Below, piece after piece: positions 1 through 14,984 of a stretch of 64,000 bases of DNA. Under the pieces are notes generated by a model. The model made no database searches. It was given only the letters and a program-made list of their open reading frames with translations, and was not told the origin of the DNA. Source of the stretch: Chrysomallon squamiferum (lineage: Eukaryota; Animalia; Mollusca); NCBI GenBank assembly GCA_012295275.1, contig CM022674.1:5518001-5582000 (forward strand), written 5' to 3'. Position numbers and translations under genes: made by a program. Position 1 is the first letter of the stretch, and every line of letters begins with the position of its first letter.

Positions 1-816
1 GTTTCCGATATCCCGCAGTTGATAAGAGAAAAATTAATTAAAGTGTTAGTTTTTCGTTAAATAAAATCAGCTTTAAGTAAGTAGCTATACTGTTCGACAA
101 AAGAAACTAGTTATGGCGTGCGTTATTTTAGTAGATACACTAAGAGAGTTTGTTGTATCAGTTTGGCAGACGAAAATGAAACGCTTGACCGATAATAAAT
201 ATTACTGACAATAAATATGTGTAATTTCTTTTTAACAGGATATATTGTAAATCAGTGTACGTCATAAACCGGCGACGTCCTAATAAACGTTACATTTAAC
301 GCCTCATTAAGGCACGGTGACACGGAAAACTCCGAACATTTCCGAGTTCAGTCGAAGTTCACGTCGTCGCCACGAAGGTTTACGACTGTCCCAAAGAGCG
401 CGGGAACATTATCCAGCCTTCGTCCTTAAGTACTGTCGACCTTAATTTGCGCACCGTCTTCCGGTTTATCTGTTGGGCGTTGACAGATAGTGGATTGATG
501 TTTTTCTGAAGAGCTCCCGAATAGCAGAGTTGTCCTTCCTTGTGTGCTCTCTGCTTTATTTTCAGAAGTAAACGCGTCGTGTGGTCACAGGAGTTCATAC
601 ATAATCTTTAAAGTGTTTATACTAATTGCAAAATAAATCATTATTTGCGTCTCTCTTGGCTGAGGCACGCTGACAGAGTTAGTGACAGGAAAATCGAAGC
701 TGGAAGTTTTTGTGGGATTTGATCGAATCAGAATCGCCGGCTGATTATACAACATAATGTGGTGAGCACAAAACGTTTCAAAGAAAACAAGTAAATAAAA
801 AAAATGTTTTAAAAAA

Positions 817-885
<69 letters not shown>

Positions 886-889
886 AATA

Positions 890-942
<53 letters not shown>

Positions 943-2410
943 AATAATAATATAGATATTAATAATAATAATAATAATTTAAAAAATAATAATAATAAGC
1001 CAGTAAAGAACGAAGATAATCCGTGTCAAAGGTGAAATAGTGTAAAACAAAAATTAACGAAACGAAAGAAGGGATATATGTGTAAATGTGTTTATATGTG
1101 TGTGTTGTGTCTTTATATATATATAGATAGATAGATATACATGTGTATATATTGTATATTGGAATTATTTGGTTTAAAAGAAAAGAATAGATGGTGGGGT
1201 TATTTTTACAATGTGTGGAACGTTATTATAGCTTCTTGGTTAGACTGTTGACTTGAAATGTGGCAGGTCTTAGGATGAATGCTTTGTAACGTACTCACAT
1301 TCTATATATTGCTGCATAGTTATCAAGAACAGTGCAGTGCACCGGTGTATACACGAATACTTGCTAATGACAGAAAGGGACTAAAAATGTAAAAAATTTC
1401 ACTGACGTAAAGAATATACAATCCCAGATCAGGTCGTAGCTTAAATATTAATATCGTATTATTATCTTTTAAAAAAAAAAAAAAAAAAATTATTATTCAG
1501 TTTTAACAAAATTAAATTTATTTCGTAACTCCAGGTTTATCTCCGTAGTTTTGTTGTGTTATTGTTGCTGCTGTTGTTGTTGTTGTTTTATTTCCATTTA
1601 ACTTTACTTTATTTCAGAATATCTATATAATTCGTTGTTATTTTTATTTCATTTTATTTTATTTTATTTTATATAAAAGGAAAAAATTATCTTTCTTAAA
1701 ATTTATTTTTAACTGTATTTATTAATACCAAGAACATACATATAATTTTAAAAAGCAACAAAAAACAACACAACAATTCTCTCGAACTGAAAAATAAAGA
1801 AACTGCATTATTAATAAATCCTATTTTCGTCTTCTTCGTTCGAAACAAATTTTGTGTCATCAAAAAGTCTCTATTTGAAAGCGCAGTAATTTTAAACTTC
1901 CGTTTTTTTTGTTTCAACTTAATGAACTACGAAGAGGCAAGCTTCCGTAAAACCTCGATTATTTCCGTATCGCATCGATTATTTCCGTTTACTTCTGACA
2001 GATGTGAAAAGATAATATCAAAGAATGCAAAAAAAGAAGTAATAGTTTTGTACAATATTTAACGTCATCAGCGAAAAAAAGTAAATATCTAAAATTAATC
2101 ATTCCATTTTAAGCAAAAAATTATTAAATTTCAAAAAATGAAAAACAACGAGTGATTTTAGAACAGATATGTGCTGATGAAAAGGAATCAATGAAGGAAG
2201 GATGAAAAAAAATGAATGAATGTTGTTATTGGTGATATTCTCTTAAATATGAAAAGAAGAAGAAGAAGAAGAAGAAAAAGAAGAAGAAAAGGAAGAATCA
2301 TCACATTGAATGTAAATTGGTAAAGAAAAGAAATATTTATTTCAGCAGACTTTCTTAAATGTCAACCATTTCACAGCTTCATACAAACATGCACGGACTT
2401 AAACACATTT

Positions 2411-2437
2411 GTATGTATGTATGTTTGTATGTATGTA

Positions 2438-2468
<31 letters not shown>

Positions 2469-2915
2469 GTATATCTGTATGTATGTATATATGTATGTAT
2501 GTGTATATATATATATGTACGTATGCATGTATGTATGAATTTACGTATGTATGTATGTATTTACGTATGTATGTATGTATTTACGTATGTATGTATGTAT
2601 GTATTTACGTATGTGTGTATGTATGTATGCATGTATGTATGTATTTATGTATGTATGTGTGTATGTATTTACGTATGTATGCATGTATGTATGTATTTTC
2701 GTATGTATTTACGTATGAATGTATGCATGTATCTATGTATTTACGTATGTATGTGTGTATGTATGTATGCATGTATGTATGTATTTATGTATATGTGTGT
2801 ATGTATTTACGTATGTATGCATGTATGTATGTATTTACATATGTATTTACGTATGAATGTATGCATGTATGTATGTATTTACGTATGAATGTATGTATGT
2901 ATGTATGTATGTATG
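2411..2915. repeat. Compound (ATGT)n microsatellite with TTAC/ATGC variants
   Basis: Directly visible; it produces the spurious MYVC ORFs. Confidence 0.95.
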
Positions 2916-3565
2916 ACTCTATATCTATGTACTCCAGTGAGTACGCATGTATTTATATACCGTCGTACGTGTGTATAGCTATGTATGTTTATGACAAAAA
3001 AAACCACACACGAACATAACTCACACAGACACAAAATCAGCCTCTCAGCTCTGAGAAATCACTACATCTTAGCGGAATTCAATTCACCTCGGGGCCACCG
3101 GATGTCAATCTGTCGACCAGTGCGGCTCTTCACTGTATATCGCCCAAACCAATTATATTAAAACTTGACGTATTACCGATCGTACGAGATATCGAATTAT
3201 TTTCAATTTGTTTGCGGATTATTATTAGTTCCGTGTGATTGAAAATAATAGCCAGAGAAAACGAAAATTAGATATTCTTATTTTTTTTTTTTTTTTTTTT
3301 TTTTTTATACAGTACATCGCAATGTCACTAATGGAAACCGAACGTCATTTTTAAAAACCAAAAGGTAAAATAAAAATAAAATTTTTAAAAAAAAAGGTAC
3401 TGAAAGATAACAGGAGGAAGGTTTTATTATTTTACCAAATGACCTCTGTGTATCGCTTTCGGTGTATTTTTCGTTACATAACAAATGTTTTATGATTTCC
3501 TTCCTTCTTTATTGTTAAGGAATTCTGACACACAAAAAAATATATATATACTTACATACTAACAC

Positions 3566-3612
<47 letters not shown>

Positions 3613-4020
3613 TTCCTATAAACCACTGGATAATAATAATAAGAACAAGAAGAACAATGATAATAACGATAACGACAACGATAACAATAATAATAACGGT
3701 AACAATAATAATGACAATACTACTACTACTACTACTACTACTAATAATAATAATAATAATAATAATAAAAACAGCAGCAACAACAATTATTATTATTATT
3801 GTTGTTGTTGCTGTTATGTAACTGAAAAGTAAAACATAATAAATGAAATAAAAACAGATCAAACAATGATGTTAAAAGAAACCAGACTTACACTGAATAC
3901 ATATCATTCGTTTTCCGCTATCTAACGTTATTTTTAATTACGTCCTTTTTCGTTTAATTTTGATAAAGTACTTTTCTACTTCCTGGATAATTGCGAAAAA
4001 GGTATCTTAGAAAGCAGCTG

Positions 4021-4060
4021 TGTAAACACGTCGTAAACACGTCGTAAACACGTCGTAAAC
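4021..4060. repeat. 11-bp tandem repeat (GTAAACACGTC), about 3.5 copies
   Basis: Directly visible. Confidence 0.85.
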
Positions 4061-4154
4061 TGAATGGCTGTCGTAAAGTTAAGAGAGATAAGCTTATTAG
4101 ATAACAGCTAATTAGAGAGAGAAATAAATAGGACAGATATATAAATAAATACAC

Positions 4155-4342
4155 AGGTAATACCGCCAGATTAATACGCTAGGTGATACGCTGGGTAAAT
4201 ACTGGTGATACGATAGGTTAATACGCTACATGATACGCTAGGCAAATATGTTAGGTGATACGCAAGGAAAATACGTTGGCGATACGATAGGTTAATACGT
4301 TAGGTGATACGCTAGGCAAATATGTTAGGTGATACGCTAGGA
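4155..4342. repeat. 12-13 bp degenerate minisatellite (AGGTGATACGCT / AGGYAAATAYGYT)
   Basis: About 15 degenerate units visible. Confidence 0.8.
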
Positions 4343-7300
4343 AATTGGCACAAGCAAAGGAACAACATTTTACATGAGATACAAATTAGATTCGAAATAT
4401 ATTATTATATACAAAATGACGTAAACAAATTTAAAAACTTTTAAGAGAAACGGGGAATACCAAGGAATGAATGAGTGATAAAACGAACGAACGAACGAAT
4501 GAACGAACGATCGAATACAGGACGAATAAATGAACGAATTTATGAATAAATAAAATAATGAATACGTTAACAAATAACTGAATAAACGAACGAATGAATA
4601 AACGAAACAGTGAGTAAATGAATGAAGGAACCAACGAACGAATGAACGGATCGTTTGTTGCACGATATTTCACATTTTTTTTTATATTAATGAAAAATTA
4701 ATGTCTTTCAACGGGTTCGTTAGTACACTGAATTTAGAAACGAAATCTGTTTCCATTTTTCCATTATTATATTATTATAAGTTATTATAAGTAATAAATA
4801 CTACTATAGCCATGGTGTTTTGTATCTGTCTATATCTGTATAATTGTATATTTAATAATAAAACAGTGTCTGTGATATCTCCTCTGTTATTACAAAAGCT
4901 TTCGGCATCAATGGCCACAAATGACGGTTAAGTTGCCATAACGTCTGACAAAGTTATTCTTCCAAGATAACTAGTTGAATTATTAGCTTTATTATAATTA
5001 CTTTCTATTGTCGTCGTAGTAGGTGTTGTTAATAATGATGATGATGATAATTTACCATGAAGAAGTTATTAATTGCTGCTGTTATGATGATGTTGAGAAT
5101 GATAGCTTTGATGATGGTGCGATAGAGGTAGTTGTTATTCCTGATAATGATAATAATCATCACCATGATGATAAAATTTGATGATTATTATAGTCGGTGA
5201 TGATTACGACCATCATTATAATCATCATATATTATGATTCTTCACATTTCAAAACGGAGCTTTTCAACTGGAAAAACGTCTAAATTGCAAACTCAGTACA
5301 CAATCAATTGAAAAAAAATCTTCCAAACAGAAATTATTTTTTTTTTTTTTTTTTTTTACTTCCGTTGGTCATGACGTCAACTGTATTTATGCAAATTTGA
5401 AAAATTGTTTGCTCAACCGACCATCCAGACGTACTGTTACAACACACGCAAATTAGCAATATAGCCTTTTTAAACCAGGGTCATTACGGCATCTGTTAAT
5501 GGCTCGAACTCTTTTGATAATTGTTCGCCTCGTTGGTCAGCTTTCTGCTCATTACCTTTGGCTGAATGACGCGGACGTTTCTGAAAGGACTCCGACAAGT
5601 TAACAGTTTTCATAAATCATTTTGTTTCTTTTTTAGCGCCCGTGCTTCTGTCTCGACGTTATTGAAATGGTTTTAACGGTCTTGCTTTTAATTACCCTCT
5701 ACAGTATTGCGTGATATTTTTTTTTTCTCTTATTTCTTTTTTTTTTTTTTTCTTTTATTTTTTTTTTCCCTTTTTCCCCGAATAGTCAAGGTTTATGAAA
5801 CAGTCAAGGTTTAAAACCAGCTTTTTTTTTATTTTTGAGTAGAGAAGTTTCAGTCATAATAAAGCATTAAGTGTAATGCATTATTACGTTCTCTGTGATA
5901 CTCAGGTGTGCGTTTCTTTTGTTGTCGAGTATAGAAAATGTTTGGTTAAATTGTACTTTCGTGCGTAACTCGACGCAAAACTGCTGGTTAAATGCGTTGT
6001 TAACTGAGTGAGGATAGACATGCGGACAGTTTTACTTCTTAGGAACGTAAAATGTTTAAAGTTTTATTGGAATTAAATAGTTTTCAGTGGCAGTTTGTTT
6101 TACTGATTATCAAAATATAGATAATGATTTGTGTAGTGACGGATAAAAACCTTTAAAAATATATTTATTTATTTAGTTATTTTTTAGGGAGGTTTTTTGT
6201 TGTTTTTATTGTTCTTCTTCTTATGGGTTATTGCTGAGGGAGATTTTTATTTTTATTTTTATTTTTTTTTTCCTTTTCTTTTAAATTTTTTATTATTATT
6301 ATTATTATTTTGGTTTGCCCTGTGCTTTTTTTATGATTTGTTTTTATTTTTTTATTTATTTTTTTTTTTTTTTGCATTATGGTTGTATTATGGTTTCGTG
6401 TGGGGTTTTGTATTAAAGTCATGCATTATTTATTTATTTATTTATTACATTTTGTTACGTTATTTTATAACGTCTTTTTAAATGAAAATTACTGTCTTTT
6501 CATTGCTTTTAAACAGTAATTCTGATTTAATCATAAGGAGAGCAACGACGAACATCTTATTCTAGCTGAAAGTAGTTTTTAAATTAACCTTCCCATATAC
6601 ACACAGAAACACGTGGATTTTAATAAAGTATGGATCATTAGAAGGATCGAGAAAGAGTATTAATCTTGTTTTAGCCGAAATATTGAAAAACAGCAGTTGA
6701 CTGGGGACGTAATTTGCCAATCCTTCAATACCGTATACGAAATATTCAGGAGAGTTTTGTCTGGAACGGGAAACTGACCAAAAAGAAAGCATCGATCTTT
6801 CTTCAGACCATATCTCTCATGATATCTTCCAGTAAAAAGAATCCATCTCAAAACCATTTATTTTTTACTTCGGACATTGGAGACTACATTGGTTATAACG
6901 GGAAATAAGTCAATAGAACCCACCCACCCACCAAAAAATAATAAAATAACATTAACACGTGAACATCTAGCTCCAGATGATCTGCTCTCTCTCTCAGGAA
7001 ACAGTTCAACGGGAAGGATCGATCGAGAAACCAACGGCGGCGCCTCTGGCGAATACGTCATCTCGATTCCCATAAAGCGAAGAATATTTTCGAGCTGCAA
7101 TATTCACGGCATACATGTGTCTTGAATGTGCAATTACTGTGTTTACATGAACTGCTAAAGTGGATAGGTGATCGCGGATGAGCGCTTTTCTATTGGAAAT
7201 GCAGGCAAATAATTGAAAACTCGATGTTTCCACCGACGTGGCAAATTGTATTTTGGCTACTTGTAGCAGTAATGGCGTTTTCAGTGGCGAATCATTTCCA

Positions 7301-7373
7301 GCTTGTCATCAATCGCTATCTGCCTTTTTAACAAGACTCTAAAAGTTTCCATTCAAACTCTAAAAGTTAGATT

Positions 7374-7412
<39 letters not shown>

Positions 7413-8085
7413 AAGAATCTTTGAAGTTTGAAAAGATCGATTAATCCAGATTTATAAATAAATAAATAATTAAATAAAATAAAATAAAATAAAATAAGTA
7501 AATATTCGAAGTAATTAAATAATTAATTAAAAAAAACATATATGACTACTATGATTACTTCAACTATTGCCGTTATTATTATTGCTATTACTACATTTCT
7601 ACAATTACTGCTACTACTGTTATTCCTGCTGTTACTATTACTACTCTTTTTACAACTGCCACTACTACTGCTACCATTGCAATATTACTATTACAATTAC
7701 AGATGCTACTACTATTATTATGCCTGTTTCTGCGTGTTATGTTCATTTTTTGTTTTTGCTTATGTAGTTAACCTTGTCTATATCCCTGGTTGACAGTATT
7801 GCGTAATTCAAAAAATTACTCTTTATTTTAATTTTATATTATTTCATATCCTAATTACTGCTATCATTGTTGTTCTTGATCATGCTATCATTAATAATGA
7901 TTATAGTTATTATATCCAAGATGATGGCTGAATAACTATCAGTCACTGACAGTTCGTAGTTGTGTGGGAGGGAGGGAGACAGATGATGATAATGATGGCA
8001 ACATAACTCTTGTAAAAAAACAAAAAAACTGATAAAACGTTTTCAATTTTTTATCTTTTCAGTAATGTAACCAAAAACATCCAAA

Positions 8086-9294
8086 ATGGGGGACGCTGAC
8101 ATCAACGTTGCGACAACGAACCACACGGAGCCCAGAACGGAGGTGTACGCCGTCATGGGCATCCTCTCCGTCTTCGCCGTCACGGGCACGATCGGGAACG
8201 CGCTGGCGTTCTACGTGTTCTCCAGCCTGAAGAACAAACTTACCTCGACCATCTTCATCCTCGCCTTGGCCGGCGTCGACTTCATCACCTGCCTTCTCAC
8301 CATCCCCTACACGATGGCCATCGAGTATCTGGAGTTCAAGGTCGCCAACGACGCCGTCTGCAAGATCTACCACTTCCTCATCACGACGACAATCCCGTTC
8401 TCGGCGTTCATCATGGTGGCCATCGCAGTCGACCGCTACCTCTGCATCTGCCACCCGTTTCTGCACCTGATGACCATCAGGAGGGCGAGGGTCATCGTAG
8501 CATGTCTGTCCACGTTCGCTCTCACCCTGGGGGCGACGGCCTGCATTCACTACACCGTCTACGAGACCATCAACGTCAAGGACGCCATGTCGGCGGGGGG
8601 CAACGACGTGGTGCTGGACGGCAACAGCTCGCACCCGGGCTACTCGGCGCTGATCGACGTCACGACCGCCGCCGTCAGCAACGGCTCGCTGCTGCCCGAG
8701 TTCAAGGAGATCTACACGGGCGTGTGCGTCACGAAGAAGACCATCATCCACCCGCTGTTCTTCGAGGTCTTCACGAAGATCTACTCGTCCTTCTTCGTCA
8801 TCTGCTGCCTCATCGTCTTCGTCCTGTACAGCCTCATCTACCGGTCCGTGATCGCGCAGCGCAAGAAGCGCCTGCGCATCAAGACGCAGAAGTGCTGCAT
8901 GATCTGGGACACGGCCAACGTCGAGAACGAGCAGTCCGAGGTGACGGAGGCCCTCGAGCTCAACCATTCCGCCGCCAACGGCGAAATGCTCAAACCGATC
9001 CCGGGAGAGAACAACGCCCTCGACCCCAACCAGGTCGGGAGCAACTCCGCCAGGGCGCGCCTGGAGCGCATGCGCATAGCGAATATCAAAACGGCGGTGA
9101 TGCTGTTTGTCGTGACGCTTGTTTTCATGGTTGCCTTTATGCCGGCGTGGTTGATGGTGCACCACATAATAACAATGCAGTTGGTGTTTTTCTACATGTA
9201 CTTCGTCTACAACGTGGCCAACCCCATCATTTACGCTTTCATGAATAACACGTTCAGAATAGAGCTGAAGCGATTGTTTCATTGTGAGAATTAG
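8086..9294 (+). CDS. Class A (rhodopsin-like) 7TM GPCR, orphan peptide-receptor-like, single coding exon, 402 aa
   Basis: Seven hydrophobic segments with family motifs GN (TM1), LAGVD (TM2), C at the top of TM3, DRY, FMPAW (TM6) and NPIIY (TM7). Codons are strongly GC3-biased against an AT-rich background. A splice acceptor (ttatcttttcag, AG at 8061-8062) lies just before the ATG, implying a 5'UTR intron. The ligand cannot be assigned. Confidence 0.95.
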   Translation: MGDADINVATTNHTEPRTEVYAVMGILSVFAVTGTIGNALAFYVFSSLKNKLTSTIFILALAGVDFITCLLTIPYTMAIEYLEFKVANDAVCKIYHFLITTTIPFSAFIMVAIAVDRYLCICHPFLHLMTIRRARVIVACLSTFALTLGATACIHYTVYETINVKDAMSAGGNDVVLDGNSSHPGYSALIDVTTAAVSNGSLLPEFKEIYTGVCVTKKTIIHPLFFEVFTKIYSSFFVICCLIVFVLYSLIYRSVIAQRKKRLRIKTQKCCMIWDTANVENEQSEVTEALELNHSAANGEMLKPIPGENNALDPNQVGSNSARARLERMRIANIKTAVMLFVVTLVFMVAFMPAWLMVHHIITMQLVFFYMYFVYNVANPIIYAFMNNTFRIELKRLFHCEN

Positions 9295-9343
9295 TCACGT
9301 GGTGTTTTAGCTTCTTTTTTTTTTTTTTTATTTTTTTTTTTTA

Positions 9344-9344
<1 letters not shown>

Positions 9345-9397
<53 letters not shown>

Positions 9398-9830
9398 TTA
9401 ATTTTCTTCCTACCTACGGTAGACAGTTGGTGCCATATTTTCTTTTATTTCAAATGACGTATCCGTAAATGTGTTTCTTGTTGTTGTTATTGTTACTGTT
9501 ACTGTTATTGTTATTATTATCATTATTATTGTCATTTTTATTATTATAATTATTACTATTACTACTACTGCTACTATTACCACTACTAGTACTGTATCAT
9601 TCACTATATATTATTATTACTACTACTGCTGCTACAACTACTACTGCTACCACTACTACTATTGTACCATTGGCTACATACTATTATTACTACTACTACT
9701 ACTTCTACTACTACTGCTACCACTACTACTACATCATTCGCTGTGCTATTTGGAAAGATTATCATCACCATCATCTTCATAACCATAATCACTATTATTA
9801 TTATCATCATCGTCATCATCACCAGCACTA

Positions 9831-9922
<92 letters not shown>

Positions 9923-9952
9923 GTTATTGTTATTATTATTATTATTATTATT
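9345..9952. repeat. Compound trinucleotide microsatellite (ATT/ACT/ATC) downstream of the GPCR
   Basis: Directly visible. Confidence 0.9.
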
Positions 9953-11096
9953 ACTGTCCGCTATTTGGAACGATCGCTTACATCAGAACTGATATTGAAT
10001 TGGATGTCGCTGTATCGGTGAATAAATAAACACGTTTCTGTTTAATCATATGTCGAAGTATTTACTTCTTCTTCTTTTTTTTTAATTTTTTTTTTTTTTT
10101 TTTTTTAATATCAACTGTTTGATTGACGATTCGAGAAAGGAAATGAGCTATCGAGTTTAATTCAGCTCTGTTGTCAGCCACAGAAAGGAGTAAAATTTAG
10201 AATGAAGGATTACGTGACAAACAAGAGTAAGAGAAAAAGAAACACAGAGAGAGAGAGAGAGGATGGAGGGGGAATTCAGAAAGAGAGCAGAGTACGTTAT
10301 ATGAAGAGTATAAAATACGTGATTTGAAGGGGGATAAGGTACGCGTATGTGCGTGTGTGTGTGTGTGTGTGTGTCGTTAGTATAACTGGGTGGATAAAGA
10401 GAGAGTGTATGTATTTTGTACATGTAAGTGAGTGTATTTCGGCAAATATGTATATTAATAAATTACTTGTTTAACAAAATTTATATTAAAACACGTTCAA
10501 TTTCCACCAACCTGTACATTTTTGGAAAACTAGCAAATTAACGTTACCTAAATTTTTTTACAATATTTAAAATAAGATATTAATTTATGAATAAAAACAA
10601 TGGAATAGCATTTTAGTCTTAAACTCTTTTTTTTTTTTTTTTTTTTCTGCACAGAAATCTACGAATGTTTGCATTATATATATATATATATATACCGTCT
10701 AACGTTTTTGTTGTTCGAAAGTTTACGTTAAACTTCGACGAGTGTTGATGTTTGGCTTGCATGGAAAAAGAAGAAATGGCACAAACGGTCTACCATACTT
10801 TCTTAAAATCAATAGAACGCACACTGTTCTAGTAATACTAGTTGTGTTTTCTTCATGTGCTGAATAAAGTTTGCTTTTTATGCTAATACTCTGTGTTTGT
10901 TTTAATACGTGCAGCGTATGAATGTGTGTATGTATGGATGTATATGTATGTATGTGCTCATGTGTATGCGTCATAATATAAGCATACAATAAGCACACAT
11001 ACATTCATACATATGTATATACACACAGACACATACATACATACATAAATATATACATAATTATATACATTTTTTCCTTTGTTGATATTATTATTC

Positions 11097-11158
<62 letters not shown>

Positions 11159-12458
11159 GATCAATCGCACATAAATTAAGAAATCATTACTAACCTTGGT
11201 ACCACAAAATTAAAATTGACTTCTAAAAAAAATGCTTCTCAGTAAACTGTACAGAACAGTATGCGTCATTGTGATTATGACGTCATACACCTTAGGAACG
11301 TCATTCATTTCTGCGTGTCTTGACAGCACAATTTGTTTTTACCTTCGATGTTTTTGTGAATATGAGAAACATATTTCAGGTAATACTTTTCTGAACAATA
11401 ACAACAACAAAACAACAATAATAATAAGCTTTTTCCTTCACAGATAAACTAATCGCTTTTTCTACAGCGCTGCCATATCTGCAGATATTCTCTAAAGATA
11501 GCTTAAGAAATTACCCTATTGCGTATACTGAAATATAGTTATTAATTTTTAAAGGATTAAAAAAAAAAAACGAAGTTCATAAATCATCCGATAGTTAGAA
11601 GGAAATAAAAAAAAAAAAAAAACGTAATAATAATAATAATAATAACAACAACAATTTATAATTTTATTTTCTAGGAAAATATTGATTTCAAAGAAATTAT
11701 AGTCATTAAGTTACCGTGATTTACATAATGACTGGAAACTAAATTATATATTAGTGTGTAACAACAACAAAAAAAAAATCGTTTACGTAACTTGTTAGTG
11801 AAATTGCTCACTATATGTTTGTCCTCCTATTTATCTCTCGTTCCGTCCTCATTATTCGTCCGTCGGTATTTCTGCCCATCTGTCTGTTTATCTTGTAATT
11901 ATTTTTCTCGTCTGGTGTTAGTAAACTAAAAATACCAGCAACACAGATAACTATTTAACAATTTCTTGGATATTTCAGTTTTCCTTTTTCTAAAAACCGT
12001 TCTGGAAACCTAATGAGTAATAATAGACAAGTTATTTTTTAAAATGTCAAAAACTTAACGAAGCAACAGGAAACCGTAAAAAAAATAATAATAATAAAAA
12101 ATAAATTTTGTCATCGATGGCAATTTTAGAAGAAAAATTAAAGAAAACTTTTTTTTTAATCAAATTTAAAGAAGAAGAAGAAGAAGAATTAATATATTCC
12201 ATTGTAATTTGTGTAATTGTCCTTTTTTGATGTAATAAATATATAAAAAGCTGAGGGTTTTTTTTTTTTTTCTCTCTCTGATTATTAAAACAATAACTGA
12301 AAATAAAAATGAAAAATAAAACCAGAATAGGAGCGATATATATGTGTGTATGTGTGTATGTGTGTCTGTGTGTGTGTATGTGTGTGTATGTAAATATATA
12401 TACATATACATACATATTATATTCATACACACACACATATGTGTATATGTTTGCATAT

Positions 12459-12557
<99 letters not shown>

Positions 12558-13327
12558 TAAATACCTAGAAACATACACACATATACAAACATATGTACGT
12601 ATATATACACACATATACATTTAAAATCAATAATTTAACACAAAGCCCAACCAACAGTAAGATTTATATATATATATATTGTTGTTGTTGTTGTTGTTGT
12701 TGTTGTTATTACTTAACCCAAATTTTTAATTTTATAACATGGCACAATGATCTTTAAGAGAAATATCCTAACGATCCATACATTTTTTTTTTTTTTTTTC
12801 TGTTCAGTATAATGTCATTAAAAAATCTTTATTACAGCTAAAAGGTTTAACAAGTTAGCGCAGTCTTGTAAAGCTAACAGCACCAACACCTTTAAATATT
12901 AGCTTTTCAGCCCGTCCCTTCCCATTTGTTTACTTCGGACTGCACCAATTGTCTGTTCACAATTCGGGCGCGTTTCAGAAACGTGTTCGCTCATAACAGG
13001 GCCTCGTTTTGATAACGCGCGCGCCTCCGATCGGTAATCGGTTTCGATTTGCGTAAAAAACATGTACGAACATGCGGTCGGCGAAGTTGGTTTTAAAGTT
13101 TATGACGCGATCGATGACGACGTTCTGTCCAGAACAAGTCGTTGCTGTCTGCTATGAAGAGAAACAGACAATAGTGAAAGAAAGAGAGAAAGAAAAAAAT
13201 TTACTTTTTTAAAAACAAAAAAAAAAAAAAAAAAAAAAATCAATGCGCCAGCAACAGACAGCTCGTAAAGGCAAAAGATGTAAAGATTTAAAATAGATTC
13301 AAAGATAATTTTAAAATATTAAGCAAA

Positions 13328-13359
<32 letters not shown>

Positions 13360-14796
13360 GGATTTAGACGGTAAATAAGGTTAAATACATTTTTTTCATA
13401 CATGACTTCCATTTCTGAAAGCTAAGATTAAAACTATCTCAATCAAATAAATGTCTTTTAAATTTTTTTTTTTTTCCATTCTAATGTAACTCTTTCAAAA
13501 TAAGGTTGGGCAAAAATCAGAAATGAAATCTCTGCAGAGATAATACGATCCAAACCTCCTTTTGACTTCATAACATTTTTGTTCACACACCGCAATAAAG
13601 TAGAAATTAGTCAAAGTCTGCGAAAAGAAAATGAATTATTCCGTATTCGCTTCTGTTTGACCGCCAAAACAAACACAGTCTGCGCTCAAATTACCCTCCA
13701 GAATTGGTTCGGCCAATATTTTCCTTTTATCTGCTGCAGAAAGCGCCCTCTGTCCACATCCGTTCCATTTTGAAGAGTATTTGCTTTTGTAAACACGCGA
13801 AAGAAGATAAAGCGACGAAACCGGAAAAATAGTCTCGATCAAGATGGCCGATAATAGGAAATTCTTCCGAAACTTACCGAAGTGTTCGCGCTTGGACGAG
13901 TTACTGTCGGCGCGCGTTCGGAAGTAATATAGTCTAAATTAAAAGAATTAAATTGAAAAAAAATAAATAAATATTCCTTCTGTTGGTTTCGGTGCATGAT
14001 CGATCATCGATCTGTCAAGAGGAAACTGATTAACTGAATGTTTTATTTGACGTTTTCACGTTTCTTTTCGAATTTTTTTTTTTTTAATTTTTACTTAATC
14101 TCAGAATATTTTTTTTTTTTTTTTTTTTTAAATTTTATTTTTTTTTTTTTAATAATATATATGTTATTTGTACTTTATTTATTTTATTTTGTTTTTTACA
14201 TTCATAAATATATATTTTTTTATATTTAATATATCGATGTTGACGATTAATATGATATGGCTGGTTTTTATCTGTTGTTTAATCGATAACAACAGATAGA
14301 CAGACTGGCAACCAGAAACACAGACACACAGACAGACAGACAGACCGATAGACAGGGATTTAAGCTAACACACAGACAGACAAACAGATAAAAACCCAGA
14401 AAAATATGAATGAATATCAAGTGATGCACTAACGAATTGAAAAGAAAAATTCGTTGACGGGAACATAAATCATGTGCTATTCTCTGACTGGGCATCAAAT
14501 TATATACTTTCACATACGACTGCTTACAGTAAGAAAAACACATACAGTGACTTTGATGAACTTCACTTACGAGTATGTACTTGATAACATTCGTCAATAG
14601 TTAACTTTGCGTTCTCTTATTTAACCACAACCGCTGTATATTTATATTTTATGTATTTTCTTTTACAAAAATATAGATTGATAGCGAGAGAAAAAAGTTG
14701 GAATAGTGCTTTGTGTGTGTGTGTGTGTGTGAGTGTGTGTGTGTGCATGTGTATGTATATAATAGAAAGGGAGGGATGGGGAGGGAGGGAGGGAGG

Positions 14797-14896
<100 letters not shown>

Positions 14897-14915
14897 CAAA
14901 GACAGAGACGGAGAC

Positions 14916-14984
<69 letters not shown>

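Noticed and set aside
2417-3019. 200-aa MYVC-repeat ORF and the many poly-I, poly-L, ER, SL and HT ORFs across the window
   Set aside because: These are translations of microsatellites that lack stop codons.
6540-7340. Cluster of short overlapping ORFs upstream of the GPCR
   Set aside because: No homology cues, codon bias or consistent splice phases. It is more likely intronic or regulatory sequence.
8059-9282. 407-aa antisense ORF and 248-aa alternate-frame ORF over the GPCR
   Set aside because: Shadow ORFs expected from extreme GC3 codon bias. They have no recognisable motifs and end where the GPCR CDS ends.
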